This document shows positions 28,115 to 37,340 of a stretch of DNA of 56,794 bases, piece by piece (position 1 is the stretch's first letter; each line of letters starts with the position of its first letter). Made by a program: the position numbers and the translations under genes. The notes under the pieces were generated by a model, which saw only the letters and a program-made list of their open reading frames with translations, had not been told where the DNA came from and did no database searches. The stretch spans positions 1-56,794 of the forward strand of contig JBBDQP010000011.1 of the NCBI GenBank assembly GCA_040905965.1, given 5' to 3'. The stretch comes from Acidimicrobiia bacterium (GTDB lineage: Bacteria; Actinomycetota; Acidimicrobiia; Spongiisociales; ZC4RG35).

Positions 28115-28594
28115 TCACTTCTTCCCCGGTTTGGGCGCGGCCTGCCAGCGGAAAACGGTCCGCGCCTTTGCGATGTCTTCGTATGCGAACTCGGTGACCG
28201 ATCCGTCCTCTGCGGTGACAGATGCGCGGTCCTCTCCGGCGTGGTCGAGAAGGCCCTTGACGAGGATGGTCTCGCCTTCACGGCGGATCTTCATGTTGAC
28301 CTCACGGCCGACGGACTTCTGAAAGTGACGAGGAGTCCTCAGCGTCCGTTCCAGGCCAGGCGACGTGACTTCGAGTTGATAGGACTCGTCGATGTCGAGT
28401 TCGGCGTCGAGCAGGCGGCTGATGCCGTTGCTCACCTCGGCGATCCGGTCCAGATCGACAAGTTCCTCACTGTCGACCACGACGCGCAGAGTCCGCCCCG
28501 GTCCGGTGCCTTTCAGCTCCAGATCGTCGAGTTCGAGACGCTCGGCTGCCAGCCAAGGCTCGATCAGGTCTCGCACGTCGTCTGTGATGGCCAT
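28115..28594 (-). CDS. rimP: Ribosome maturation factor RimP
   Basis: 159 aa. LIEPWLAAERLELDDLELKGTGPGRTLRVVVD... is typical of RimP. It lies immediately upstream of nusA. Confidence 0.85.
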   Translation of the reverse strand: MAITDDVRDLIEPWLAAERLELDDLELKGTGPGRTLRVVVDSEELVDLDRIAEVSNGISRLLDAELDIDESYQLEVTSPGLERTLRTPRHFQKSVGREVNMKIRREGETILVKGLLDHAGEDRASVTAEDGSVTEFAYEDIAKARTVFRWQAAPKPGKK

Positions 28595-28707
28595 TCGTTC
28601 GCTGCCTTCTTCAAAATCTCAACTAACTCAACAAAAGAGGCGGGCGCCACGCCCACCTCAAGTGAAACTCGGATGTCGACCCACCATCATAGCGCGCCGC
28701 AAACCCT

Positions 28708-28742
28708 GGGTTCAGGGGTGCCGTTTCGGTACTCCTGAACCC
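28708..28742 (-). terminator. Hairpin downstream of serC (terminator candidate)
   Basis: gggttcagg (28708-28716) pairs with cctgaaccc (28734-28742), and the stem is extendable with one mismatch. It lies 49 nt past the serC stop. No U-tract. Confidence 0.35.
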
Positions 28743-28790
28743 ACGGTTCGACCGCCATGATAGGAGATCACTGCCGTGATCGCCTTAACG

Positions 28791-29867
28791 TCACGCCTTT
28801 CGCTGGAACTCCGCCATGAAGTCGACCAGCCGGTGGACACTGTCGATTCCCAGCGCCGCGTACAGGCTGGCGCGGAGGCCGCCCACACTGCGGTGACCCT
28901 TGAGACCGATCAGGTCAGCCCCGGCCGACTCCGTCACGAATCGCGCCTCGAGTTCGGGGGACGGGAGCCGGAAGACCACGTTCATGTGGCTCCGGTCGCG
29001 CCGATTCACCGGATTTGAATAGAACCCGTCCGAGTCGTCGATTGCGCCATAGAGAAGCGCCGCCTTCTCGGCTGACTCACGCTCCAACGTGGCGATGCCC
29101 CCCCGCTGACTGATGCGCTCCAGCACCTTTCCCATGATGTAGATCGGGAACATCGGCGGGGTATTCCCGAGTGAATCGGTCTCGGCGTGGAACCCGTACC
29201 GCAAGTAGTCGCCGAGATCGGGGTTGGCGTTCGCGACCGCCGACTTTCGGACGAACACGACGGCCATGCCCGACGGGGCGAGGTTCTTCTGGACCCCCCC
29301 GTAGACGAGGTCGTACCGGTCCCAATCGATCGGACGGGCGAGGTATTCCGAGGACATGTCCCCCACCAGCCGCACGTCGGTCTCGGGGAACTCGACCATG
29401 CGAATCCCGCCGATGGTCTCGTTGGTCGTCACGTGGAGATAACGCGAATCCGACTCGACCTCGATCTCTGCCGGATTCGGCATCGCCGTGTAGCCGCCGT
29501 CGGCGCCATCCCAGGCGGGGTACACCGAGCCGTGATGCCGGCCATTCACCAACGCCTTGTCGCCCCACGTTCCCGACACCACGTACCCGGCGCGTTCGCC
29601 TGGCCCGAGAAGGTTCATCGGGATCATCGCAAACTGGAGGGTGGCGCCTCCCTGAACGAAGAGAATGTCGAAGTCGTCAGGGGCCGCGGAGACCGAACGC
29701 GTCAACTCCATCGTGCGGGCGTGCACCGTCTCGTATTCCTTGGAGCGGTGGCTCAACTCGACCAGGGACATTCCGGTCCCGGCGAAGTCGAGGAACTCGT
29801 CTCGTGCTTCCGCGAGGACATCCTCGGGGAGGGTGCAGGGTCCTGCACCGAAGTTGTGGGCGCGCAT
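28791..29867 (-). CDS. serC: Phosphoserine aminotransferase
   Basis: 358 aa. The N-terminus NFGAGPCTLPEDVL...SLVELSHRSKEY is typical of SerC, with a class-V aminotransferase-like length. Confidence 0.85.
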   Translation of the reverse strand: MRAHNFGAGPCTLPEDVLAEARDEFLDFAGTGMSLVELSHRSKEYETVHARTMELTRSVSAAPDDFDILFVQGGATLQFAMIPMNLLGPGERAGYVVSGTWGDKALVNGRHHGSVYPAWDGADGGYTAMPNPAEIEVESDSRYLHVTTNETIGGIRMVEFPETDVRLVGDMSSEYLARPIDWDRYDLVYGGVQKNLAPSGMAVVFVRKSAVANANPDLGDYLRYGFHAETDSLGNTPPMFPIYIMGKVLERISQRGGIATLERESAEKAALLYGAIDDSDGFYSNPVNRRDRSHMNVVFRLPSPELEARFVTESAGADLIGLKGHRSVGGLRASLYAALGIDSVHRLVDFMAEFQRKA

Positions 29868-29929
29868 TTTTCTCTTCCGTCGAGTCCTCGAAATCGTAGG
29901 TGGTCATCCGCATCTCGTAGCCTGAACCG

Positions 29930-30715
29930 ATGGACGGATTCACCGAGGTCGAAGTACGCAGGGTCGGGTCTGAGGGATCGCTATCGGAATCTGACCGAGT
30001 CGCGACCGAATCTCCCTTCGAAATGCGGCTCGGGTCGACGCCCATCGCCGTCCTCATGCGCACGCCCGGCCAGGAGTTGAATCTCGCAACCGGATTCTGT
30101 CTGACCGAAGGCATCCTCCTGGACCCCTCCGAACTTGCCGGAATCGAACGACTCGACGGCGATCGGTACGTCATCGAGCTCGCCGAAGGTGTCACCGTCG
30201 ACCCAGAGCAGTTCCGTCGCAACACCTACACGACATCATCGTGTGGGGTGTGCGGCAAGGCCTCCATCGATGCGATCCGAATCGCCGCCCGCCCGCTTCC
30301 CGCCGGACCGATACTGGATGCTTCGAATGTCGTCGGACTCGTGGCCCAGTTGCGCGACACCCAGGAGATCTTCGACGTGACGGGTGGTCTGCACGGAGCG
30401 GCGTTGGTCGGCGCAGACGGGACGGTCCTCGCCTCTGCCGAGGACGTCGGGCGTCACAACGCAACCGACAAGGCGATCGGCGCCCTTGCCCGCCAGAGGT
30501 GGCCGCTTGGTGAAGTGGTCCTCGTCGTTTCTGGTCGCATCAGTTTCGAGATCGCCCAGAAGGCGGCGGTGGCAGGAGTGCCGGTCGTCGTGGGTGTCTC
30601 AGCGGCGTCGTCGCTCGCCGTCGAACTCGCGGAAGAACTGGGTCTCACGCTCATCGGATTCGTCCGGGGTGAATCGTTCGTCGTCTACTCCGGCGGCCAG
30701 CGGATCCGCGACTGA
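29930..30715 (+). CDS. fdhD: Formate dehydrogenase accessory sulfurtransferase FdhD
   Basis: ATGFCLTEGIL, SSCGVCGKASID and EDVGRHNATDKAIG motifs. 261 aa. Confidence 0.85.
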   Translation: MDGFTEVEVRRVGSEGSLSESDRVATESPFEMRLGSTPIAVLMRTPGQELNLATGFCLTEGILLDPSELAGIERLDGDRYVIELAEGVTVDPEQFRRNTYTTSSCGVCGKASIDAIRIAARPLPAGPILDASNVVGLVAQLRDTQEIFDVTGGLHGAALVGADGTVLASAEDVGRHNATDKAIGALARQRWPLGEVVLVVSGRISFEIAQKAAVAGVPVVVGVSAASSLAVELAEELGLTLIGFVRGESFVVYSGGQRIRD

Positions 30716-30717
30716 GC

Positions 30718-32421
30718 TCAGCCCAACCGATCCTGGAGAAGCCCCAGGCAGTCGGCGATTGCCACTTCGGACGTCTCCATGGTCGCTCTGGGTGTGAATT
30801 CCGCGGTACCCGACTCCAGTCCCCTCGGTCCGATCGTGATCCGAAACGGGATCCCTACCAGTTCGGCATCGGCGAACTTGACGCCGGGCCTCTCCGTCCG
30901 GTCGTCGTAGATGACCGAGATCCCGGCCGCCTGCAATTGCCCATAGAGATCCTCGGCTGCGGCCTGTACAGCGGGGTCGTCCGCCCGCAGCGTCGTGACC
31001 ACGACATCCCACGGCCCGATTCCGATCGGCCAGATGATGCCCCGCTCGTCAGACGAACCTTCCACGATCGTTGCCATCGAGCGTTCCAACCCGATGCCGT
31101 ATGAGCCCATGATGATCGGATGTGACTGCCCTGCCTCGTCCTGGACGAAGGCGCCCATCGCCTCGGAATACTTGGTGCCGAGCTTGAAGATGTGTCCGAC
31201 CTCGACGCCCTTCCACAGGTCGAGACTTCCACCATCCACACTGCACGGCTCCCCCGTCTTCACCGCACGCAGGTCCTCCCAGGCAGTGACGGCGATATCA
31301 CGATCGACATCGACGTCGCGGAGATGCCAGTCGTCGTCGTTTGCTCCCGTCACCAGACCGCGCCGACCCTGCAGCGCGAGATCGGCGATGACGGGCAGAC
31401 CGGACACACCGACCGCCCCCAAGCTCCCGGGCTTCGCGCCCAACAGTTCGACAATTTCGTCCTCCAAGGCGGGACGGGCATCGACGGTCTTGGTGACATC
31501 GATCAGCTTCTGTTCCTGCAGACCGTGATCGCCGCGCAGGAGCACGAGGGTGGGTACGCCGTCCAGCAAGTAGACAAGCGTCTTGATCTGTCTGTCGGGT
31601 GCCGCGATGTCCTCGAAAGCTTCGGCGAGCGCCCGGATCGTCCGGATTCCGGGTGTGGCGAATCGAGAAGCGTCGGGAACAGTGTCCGAATCATCGATAG
31701 GGCCGACCTTGGAGGTCGCTCGCTCCACGTTGGCGGCGTAGTCACACGTGTCGCAGGTGACGATCCAATCCTCGCCCGCAGGGCTGGCGACCATGAACTC
31801 GGTCGACTCCGACCCACCCATGATTCCCGAGGACGCCTCGACCGGCACCGCCTTCATCCCAAGCCGTTCGAAGATTCGCACATACGCCCCGTGGTGCTTT
31901 TCGAAGGCCGCGTCGAGACCGGCGGCGTCGACGTCGAGTGAATACGAATCCTTCATCGTGAACTCGCGAACCCGCAGGACTCCCGACTTGGGACGAGGCT
32001 CATCTCGGAACTTCGTCTGGATCTGATACCAGATCTGGGGCAACTGGCGATAAGACGTCAGTTCGGAGGCGAGAAGGGCGAACACCTCCTCGTGAGTCAT
32101 CCCGAGGGCGTTGTCCGCCCCTTTCCTGTCGACGAGTCGGAACATCTCTTCACCCATGAGTTCCCATCGACCCGACTTCTTCCAGATGTCGGCCGGGTGC
32201 AATGCAGGGAGATGAAATTGTTGGCCGCCAATGGCGTCCATCTCCTCACGGATGACTCGGTCGATGTTGAGACGCACCTTCTGGCCCATCGGCAGCATCG
32301 AATAGTGGCCCGCCGACAACTGCCGGATGAAGCCCCCCCGAACCAACAACTTGTGGCTGACGGCTTCGGCCTCCGCCGGATCGTCGCGCAACGTGGGAAT
32401 GTGGGCCTGGGACCATCGCAT
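30718..32421 (-). CDS. proS: Proline--tRNA ligase (bacterial type with INS editing domain)
   Basis: 567 aa. MRWSQAHIPTLRDDPAEAE..SHKLLVRGGFIRQL, FRDEPRPKSGVLRVREFTMKD and GSYGIGLER motifs. Confidence 0.95.
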   Translation of the reverse strand: MRWSQAHIPTLRDDPAEAEAVSHKLLVRGGFIRQLSAGHYSMLPMGQKVRLNIDRVIREEMDAIGGQQFHLPALHPADIWKKSGRWELMGEEMFRLVDRKGADNALGMTHEEVFALLASELTSYRQLPQIWYQIQTKFRDEPRPKSGVLRVREFTMKDSYSLDVDAAGLDAAFEKHHGAYVRIFERLGMKAVPVEASSGIMGGSESTEFMVASPAGEDWIVTCDTCDYAANVERATSKVGPIDDSDTVPDASRFATPGIRTIRALAEAFEDIAAPDRQIKTLVYLLDGVPTLVLLRGDHGLQEQKLIDVTKTVDARPALEDEIVELLGAKPGSLGAVGVSGLPVIADLALQGRRGLVTGANDDDWHLRDVDVDRDIAVTAWEDLRAVKTGEPCSVDGGSLDLWKGVEVGHIFKLGTKYSEAMGAFVQDEAGQSHPIIMGSYGIGLERSMATIVEGSSDERGIIWPIGIGPWDVVVTTLRADDPAVQAAAEDLYGQLQAAGISVIYDDRTERPGVKFADAELVGIPFRITIGPRGLESGTAEFTPRATMETSEVAIADCLGLLQDRLG

Positions 32422-32474
32422 CAGGGGGCGGAGGGTAGACAGGCGCGGCTGACCGCCGGTTACCGTTTTCGACC

Positions 32475-33059
32475 ATGGCAGACGTGTGGACAGTCACCGG
32501 CGGGATCGGATCGGGCAAGAGCAGCATCCGACACACCCTCGAAGAACTCGGAGCGGTGACAATCGACGCCGACCGAGTCGGACACACCGTCCTCGAACCG
32601 GGCGGAGAGGCTTTCGACGCGGTCGCGAGACGCTGGCCCGAGGTCGTCGTCGACGGCCGGATCGACCGAGGGCGACTCGGTGCCATCGTGTTCGAGGACG
32701 CTTCCGAATTGGCGGAACTCGAGGCGATCACCCACCCCGAGATCGCCAAAGAGATCGCCGCTCGCATCGCCGGAGCTGGTGACTCCGTCGTCGTCATCGA
32801 AGTCTCCGTACCGAAAGACCTCGTGGGTGTCGGATGGCTCCGGACGGTCGTCGCCGACTTGCCGGTCGAAGAACGCCGCGCCCGACTGGTCGCCCGCGGG
32901 ATGGACCCCGAGGACATCGGCCGCCGCATGGCCGCCCAGCCAAGTCGTGACGGATGGCGTGCGCGGGGTCGGTGGGTCGTGTCGACGGCAGGGACCCGGG
33001 AGGATGTCGAAGAACGCGTCCGCCGACTCTGGCGAGACGTCATCCTCGACGAGCGGTAG
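32475..33059 (+). CDS. coaE: Dephospho-CoA kinase
   Basis: The P-loop VTGGIGSGKSS followed by IDADRVGH is typical of CoaE. 194 aa. Confidence 0.85.
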   Translation: MADVWTVTGGIGSGKSSIRHTLEELGAVTIDADRVGHTVLEPGGEAFDAVARRWPEVVVDGRIDRGRLGAIVFEDASELAELEAITHPEIAKEIAARIAGAGDSVVVIEVSVPKDLVGVGWLRTVVADLPVEERRARLVARGMDPEDIGRRMAAQPSRDGWRARGRWVVSTAGTREDVEERVRRLWRDVILDER

Positions 33060-33068
33060 CGTTCGAGC

Positions 33069-34091
33069 ATGCCGATCGACACCGAACTCGACCGACTCAT
33101 CGTCGCACTACCGAAAACGGAACTCCACGTTCACATCGAAGGGACGCTCGAGCCCGAGCTGATGTTCGCTCTCGCCGCGCGCAACGGGGTGACGCTTCCT
33201 TGGACCACGCTGGACGAGGTGAGATCCGCCTACGACTTCACCGACCTGCAGTCATTCCTCGACGTCTACTACCTGGGTGCGGCGGCCCTGGTGACTGCTC
33301 AGGACTTCGACGACCTGATGTGGGCGTACCTGCAGCGGGCGGCTGCCGACGGGGTCCGCCACGCCGAGATCTTCGTCGACCCCCAGACCCACACCCACCG
33401 TGGGATCGAGTTCGACGTGTTCATGGGCGGCTTCCGTCGAGCGATGGCTCGGGCCGAAGAGGAGTTCGGCGTGACGACCGCACTCATCCTCTGCTGCCTC
33501 CGTCATCTGCCGCCTGAGGATGCCGTGGGGATGATCACCGCGGCTCGCGATCACCTCGAGGGCGTCATCGGTATCGGGATGGACTCGAGTGAGCTAGGGA
33601 TCCCGCCCGAACCCTTCGCCCCCGCCTACGAGATCGGCATGGGATACGGCCTGCGGCCGGTGGCCCACGCCGGGGAGGAAGGCCCACCCGAGTACATCTG
33701 GGGAGCGCTGAACACGCTCGGGGTGGAACGGGTCGACCACGGGGTACGGTGCCTGGAGGATCCGGAGTTGGTGACCCGGCTGCGAGACGAACAGATCCCG
33801 CTCACCGTCTGTCCCCTGAGCAACGTCCGCCTGAAGGTGGTCGAGGAGATCGCCGATCACCCGATGCGGCGGCTGATGGACGAAGGGCTGGTCGTGACGG
33901 TGAACTCGGACGACCCGGCGTACTTCGGCGGGTACGTGGCAGACAACTACCGGGCGCTGGTCGAGGGATTGGGATTCGGCAAAGACGAACTCGTCATGCT
34001 CGCCCGCAACTCGATCATCGCTTCGTTCCTCGATACCGATCGGAAACAGGAGCTCCTCGACGAGATCTCGGTACTGGCAACCGAGCAGTGA
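33069..34091 (+). CDS. add: Adenosine/adenine deaminase family protein
   Basis: LPKTELHVHIEGTL, HAGE and VNSDDPAYFGG metal-binding motifs. 340 aa. Confidence 0.85.
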   Translation: MPIDTELDRLIVALPKTELHVHIEGTLEPELMFALAARNGVTLPWTTLDEVRSAYDFTDLQSFLDVYYLGAAALVTAQDFDDLMWAYLQRAAADGVRHAEIFVDPQTHTHRGIEFDVFMGGFRRAMARAEEEFGVTTALILCCLRHLPPEDAVGMITAARDHLEGVIGIGMDSSELGIPPEPFAPAYEIGMGYGLRPVAHAGEEGPPEYIWGALNTLGVERVDHGVRCLEDPELVTRLRDEQIPLTVCPLSNVRLKVVEEIADHPMRRLMDEGLVVTVNSDDPAYFGGYVADNYRALVEGLGFGKDELVMLARNSIIASFLDTDRKQELLDEISVLATEQ

Positions 34092-34195
34092 AGCTCGCCG
34101 ACACGGCAAGTAGTCCGACGCCGGGAACTCGTCTTCAGTGGAAGTCGGCGAAAGTGGATCCCGTCGAACCGACCGGCTGACGACACCGCCTTCGA

Positions 34196-34504
34196 TCAGC
34201 AGCCCGTCGCATCTCGAAGGACGCGGCAGGATTCGGCGAGTCTCTGCGGCGACAGCTGCGTAATCCGTCTGCGGAAGGCTTCCTTCGGGACGGTATGCAG
34301 GTTGTCGAAGTTGACGACGCATTCAGTAGGAACTCCGTCGACGTCCGGTGACAACTCAAGCTCGGACACAACGCCCCGACGGGTTCTCGTCAACGCGGCC
34401 ACGACAACCGACCCGATCCGATCCGCAACGGGGTCGCGAGTGAGCACGAGCACCGGCCTGTCCCCGCCAGCGGTCTTCGCAAACCAGACTTCACCCCGTT
34501 GCAT
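34196..34504 (-). CDS. mazF: MazF/PemK-family endoribonuclease toxin
   Basis: 102 aa from the ATG at 34502-34504. MQRGEVWFA...DRPVLVLTRD...VVVAALTRTRRG...VVNFDNLHTVPK is a typical PemK/MazF pattern. It overlaps the upstream antitoxin ORF by 14 nt. Confidence 0.8.
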   Translation of the reverse strand: MQRGEVWFAKTAGGDRPVLVLTRDPVADRIGSVVVAALTRTRRGVVSELELSPDVDGVPTECVVNFDNLHTVPKEAFRRRITQLSPQRLAESCRVLRDATGC

Positions 34505-34742
34505 CGACCCACTCGGACCAGTCTTCCGCCGGACCCCAGTCGGCGATCTCCGCCAGGCTCGATTCTTCAGGCGTGAGAGGTGTCGCCAGCCAGGCCTCCA
34601 CATCCTCCTCTGCCTGTAACCGAATCAGGTAGCGGTGAAGGGCGTCACGAAGGAGTTCAGACCGATCGATGCCAAGTCGGGCGGCCCATCGACTCGCCTC
34701 CGCTGCTTCGTCGGAGTCCACCCGGAAACTGAACATTGTCAT
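34491..34742 (-). CDS. Antitoxin (ribbon-helix-helix-like) of the MazF-type toxin
   Basis: 83 aa. The N-terminal FSFRVDSDEAAEASRWAARLGIDRSELLRDAL fits an RHH beta-strand/helix pattern, and the C-terminus is acidic. The position and overlap are typical of type II TA pairs. Confidence 0.7.
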   Translation of the reverse strand: MTMFSFRVDSDEAAEASRWAARLGIDRSELLRDALHRYLIRLQAEEDVEAWLATPLTPEESSLAEIADWGPAEDWSEWVDATG

Positions 34743-34748
34743 ACAACT

Positions 34749-34766
34749 AGGTTATGACGTATGACG
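34749..34766 (-). promoter_or_regulatory. Candidate leaderless promoter -10 element and direct-repeat operator of the TA operon
   Basis: On the minus strand, a TAACCT (TANNNT-type) -10 lies at 34749-34754, 6 nt before the antitoxin ATG. It is overlapped by a tandem 7-nt direct repeat cgtcata cgtcata (plus strand tatgacg at 34753-34759 and 34760-34766). Confidence 0.35.
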
Positions 34767-34833
34767 GACCTGATCAAGCCCCTCAGCGGTGCAGGCCCTG
34801 CTGGAGACCACGTCCGTTCCCCTCAGCCATCGG

Positions 34834-36042
34834 TCACCGACGCTTGGCGATCTCCTCGACACGAGCCTTGCGTTCCTCGTTCCGGTTGGCATCGCCCTGG
34901 ATCTCGACGAGTTGCGTGCGCTCGGCCTCGGTGATGGCGGCGGCGTTCTTGTCGGCGGCGGCCAGCCGGGCGTCGACGCCCTCCTCGACCAGCTTGCGCG
35001 CCTCATCCAAGAGAGCCTCGACCATTTCGGCCTCGGGTACGACTCGCACCACCTGACCCTTGATGAACAGGTGGCCCCTCCCCCGCCCTGCGGCGATGCC
35101 GATGTCGGCGGAACTCGCCTCACCCGGGCCGTTGACGACACAGCCCATCACCGCCACCTGGATGGGAAGGTTCTCGGCCTCGAGTGCGGCCTGGGTACGG
35201 GTGGCGACGTCGATCACATCGACCTCGGCCCGGCCGCATGACGGGCAGGCGATCAGATCGAGGCCCTTCCGCTCCCGCAATCCCAGATATTCGAGGAGCT
35301 GCCGGCCGGCCTTTGCCTCCTCCACCGGGTCGGCAGTCAACGAGAACCGGATCGTGTCGCCGATACCGTCGTTGAGGAGGGTGGCGATCCCGGCGACCGA
35401 CTTGATGAGACCCCCCGGCAACGGACCCGCTTCGGTGACGCCGAGGTGCAGCGGGTAGTCGACCGTGTCGGCGAGCAGCCGGTACGAGGCGATCATCGTG
35501 GGAACGTTCGAATGCTTGACCGAGATCTTGATATCGGTGAAATCAACATCTTCGAGGAACCGGATCTCCCGGAGAGCCGATGCGACCAGGGCTTCCGGAA
35601 CGGCACCGCCGTGTTCAGCTTCGATGTCCTTGTCGAGTGACCCGGCATTCACGCCCACCCTGATCGGCTTGCCCCGATCCTTCGCCTCCCGCGCCACCGC
35701 CTTGATGTGCTCCTCTTTGCGAATGTTCCCCGGGTTGAGCCGGAGCCCGTCCACCCCCGCTTCCAGTGCGGCGAGCGCCAGACGGTATTGAAAGTGGATG
35801 TCGGCGATGATCGGCACGGGAGAACGCGGCACGATCTCTGCCAGAGCGGTTGCGGCGTCGACGTCGTTGCATGTGATGCGCACGATGTCCGCTCCGTTGG
35901 CGGCGAGCGCATACACCTGCTGGAGGGTGCCGTCGACGTCGGCGGTCTTGGTGGTCGTCATCGACTGGACCGAAACCGGCGCTCCGCCGCCGACCGGCAC
36001 CGAGCCGACTTTGAGACTTCGGGTCTGTCTGCGTTCGATCAC
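34834..36042 (-). CDS. ispG: 4-hydroxy-3-methylbut-2-en-1-yl diphosphate synthase
   Basis: 402 aa. RRQTRSLKVGSVPVGGGAPVSVQSMT..., ACPSCGR and GCVVNGPGE motifs. Confidence 0.95.
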   Translation of the reverse strand: MIERRQTRSLKVGSVPVGGGAPVSVQSMTTTKTADVDGTLQQVYALAANGADIVRITCNDVDAATALAEIVPRSPVPIIADIHFQYRLALAALEAGVDGLRLNPGNIRKEEHIKAVAREAKDRGKPIRVGVNAGSLDKDIEAEHGGAVPEALVASALREIRFLEDVDFTDIKISVKHSNVPTMIASYRLLADTVDYPLHLGVTEAGPLPGGLIKSVAGIATLLNDGIGDTIRFSLTADPVEEAKAGRQLLEYLGLRERKGLDLIACPSCGRAEVDVIDVATRTQAALEAENLPIQVAVMGCVVNGPGEASSADIGIAAGRGRGHLFIKGQVVRVVPEAEMVEALLDEARKLVEEGVDARLAAADKNAAAITEAERTQLVEIQGDANRNEERKARVEEIAKRR

Positions 36043-36085
36043 GGGGTAACGCTAGTGGCGGGTCACGAGAGGCTTGGCGGCCGGA

Positions 36086-37216
36086 TCAGAGATCGATCGG
36101 ATTGACGATGTCGAGGATGATCGCCAGGACACCGATCAACCCAATGACGGCGATCACGGCAACTGCGACAGGAACAAGCTTGCGCATGTCGGCGGTCCGC
36201 CCGCTCACCTTCTCGTAGAGCGCGACTGCGAAATGCCCCCCGTCGAGCGGATACAGCGGGAGCGCATTGAGGGTCCCAAGGATCACGTTGACGAATGCCA
36301 TGAGCAAGACCATGTTGAGGATGCCGAACTCTTCTGCCTGGCTGCCGATCTGGACGATCCCAATGGGGCTGACCGGCCGCACGTCCGGATCGATCTCGCC
36401 GCCGGTAATACCCCCGAACAACTGGCCGAGAGTGTCGAAGCGCAGGATTCGGCTGAACGCCTCGAACGTGAATTCCACGGCGATCCCGACCTGTCGCACG
36501 CCCACCCAGCCTGCCTCGAAGACCGAGATGTCCTGCATGAGGAGCGCTGGAGCGAAACCGAGGAAGCCCGTCTCGAGACCGGTGTCGGGATCGATGCGCG
36601 ACCCCATCGTGGTCGTGAGTTCGATCTCGGCTCCGTCCCGCAGCACGGTCAGCGCAACCTCGCGTCCTGCGGTGTCGGCGATGACTTCACGCAGACCCTC
36701 CCAACCTTCCACGTCGACTCCGTCGACGCCGACGATCACGTCACCTGGCTCGAGTCCAGCCAGTGCAGCGGCCGTCGGGTTTCCACGATCATCGGTCTCC
36801 ACCACACCAGCCACTTCGGTGGACACCACCGGCTCACCATCGACGAGCACGGGTTCTCCTTCGATCATCGCGACAGTTGCGAAGATCAAGAGTGCGATCA
36901 CGAAATTGGCGGCAACACCTGACAGGACCACAAAGGATTTCGCCCAAAACGGCTTCGATCGGTAGGTCCGGTCCTCGTCTTCGGGGTCGACCTCTTCGAG
37001 GCTGTTCATCCCGATGACCTTCACGTATGCGCCGAAGGGGATGGGCTTGATGCCGTACTCGGTCTCGCCTCGGCGGAACGACCAGATGCGTGGACCGAAG
37101 CCGATGAAGAATTCCGTCACTTTCATGCCGGTCGCCTTGGCCGCGAAGTAGTGGCCGGCCTCATGGGCGACGATGAACCCGATCAGGGCGACGAGCGCGG
37201 CGATACCGCCGATCAT
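36086..37216 (-). CDS. M50-family site-2 (RIP) zinc metalloprotease, RseP/Rip1-like
   Basis: HEAGHYFAAK (HExxH), a PDZ-like middle region, and NALPLYPLDGGH. It sits between dxr and ispG, as in other actinobacteria. Confidence 0.85.
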   Translation of the reverse strand: MIGGIAALVALIGFIVAHEAGHYFAAKATGMKVTEFFIGFGPRIWSFRRGETEYGIKPIPFGAYVKVIGMNSLEEVDPEDEDRTYRSKPFWAKSFVVLSGVAANFVIALLIFATVAMIEGEPVLVDGEPVVSTEVAGVVETDDRGNPTAAALAGLEPGDVIVGVDGVDVEGWEGLREVIADTAGREVALTVLRDGAEIELTTTMGSRIDPDTGLETGFLGFAPALLMQDISVFEAGWVGVRQVGIAVEFTFEAFSRILRFDTLGQLFGGITGGEIDPDVRPVSPIGIVQIGSQAEEFGILNMVLLMAFVNVILGTLNALPLYPLDGGHFAVALYEKVSGRTADMRKLVPVAVAVIAVIGLIGVLAIILDIVNPIDL

Positions 37217-37340
37217 TTGGTGGAAGAGGGCATGGGGACGGTCACGATACCCCCGGAGTCCCGGCTATTTGCAGCGCCCGGCCCTGAACTGGTGCGAGAA
37301 ACCCGCCATATAGGTGGTCCTGAACCCAGGGTATGCGTCT

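Noticed and set aside
28703-28716. 13-nt identity CCCTGGGTTCAGG shared with the reverse complement of 37321-37333, considered as a third repeat family
   Set aside because: Only 13 nt match and the flanks do not align. Exact 13-mer coincidences are expected by chance many times in a 57-kb G+C-biased window read on both strands.
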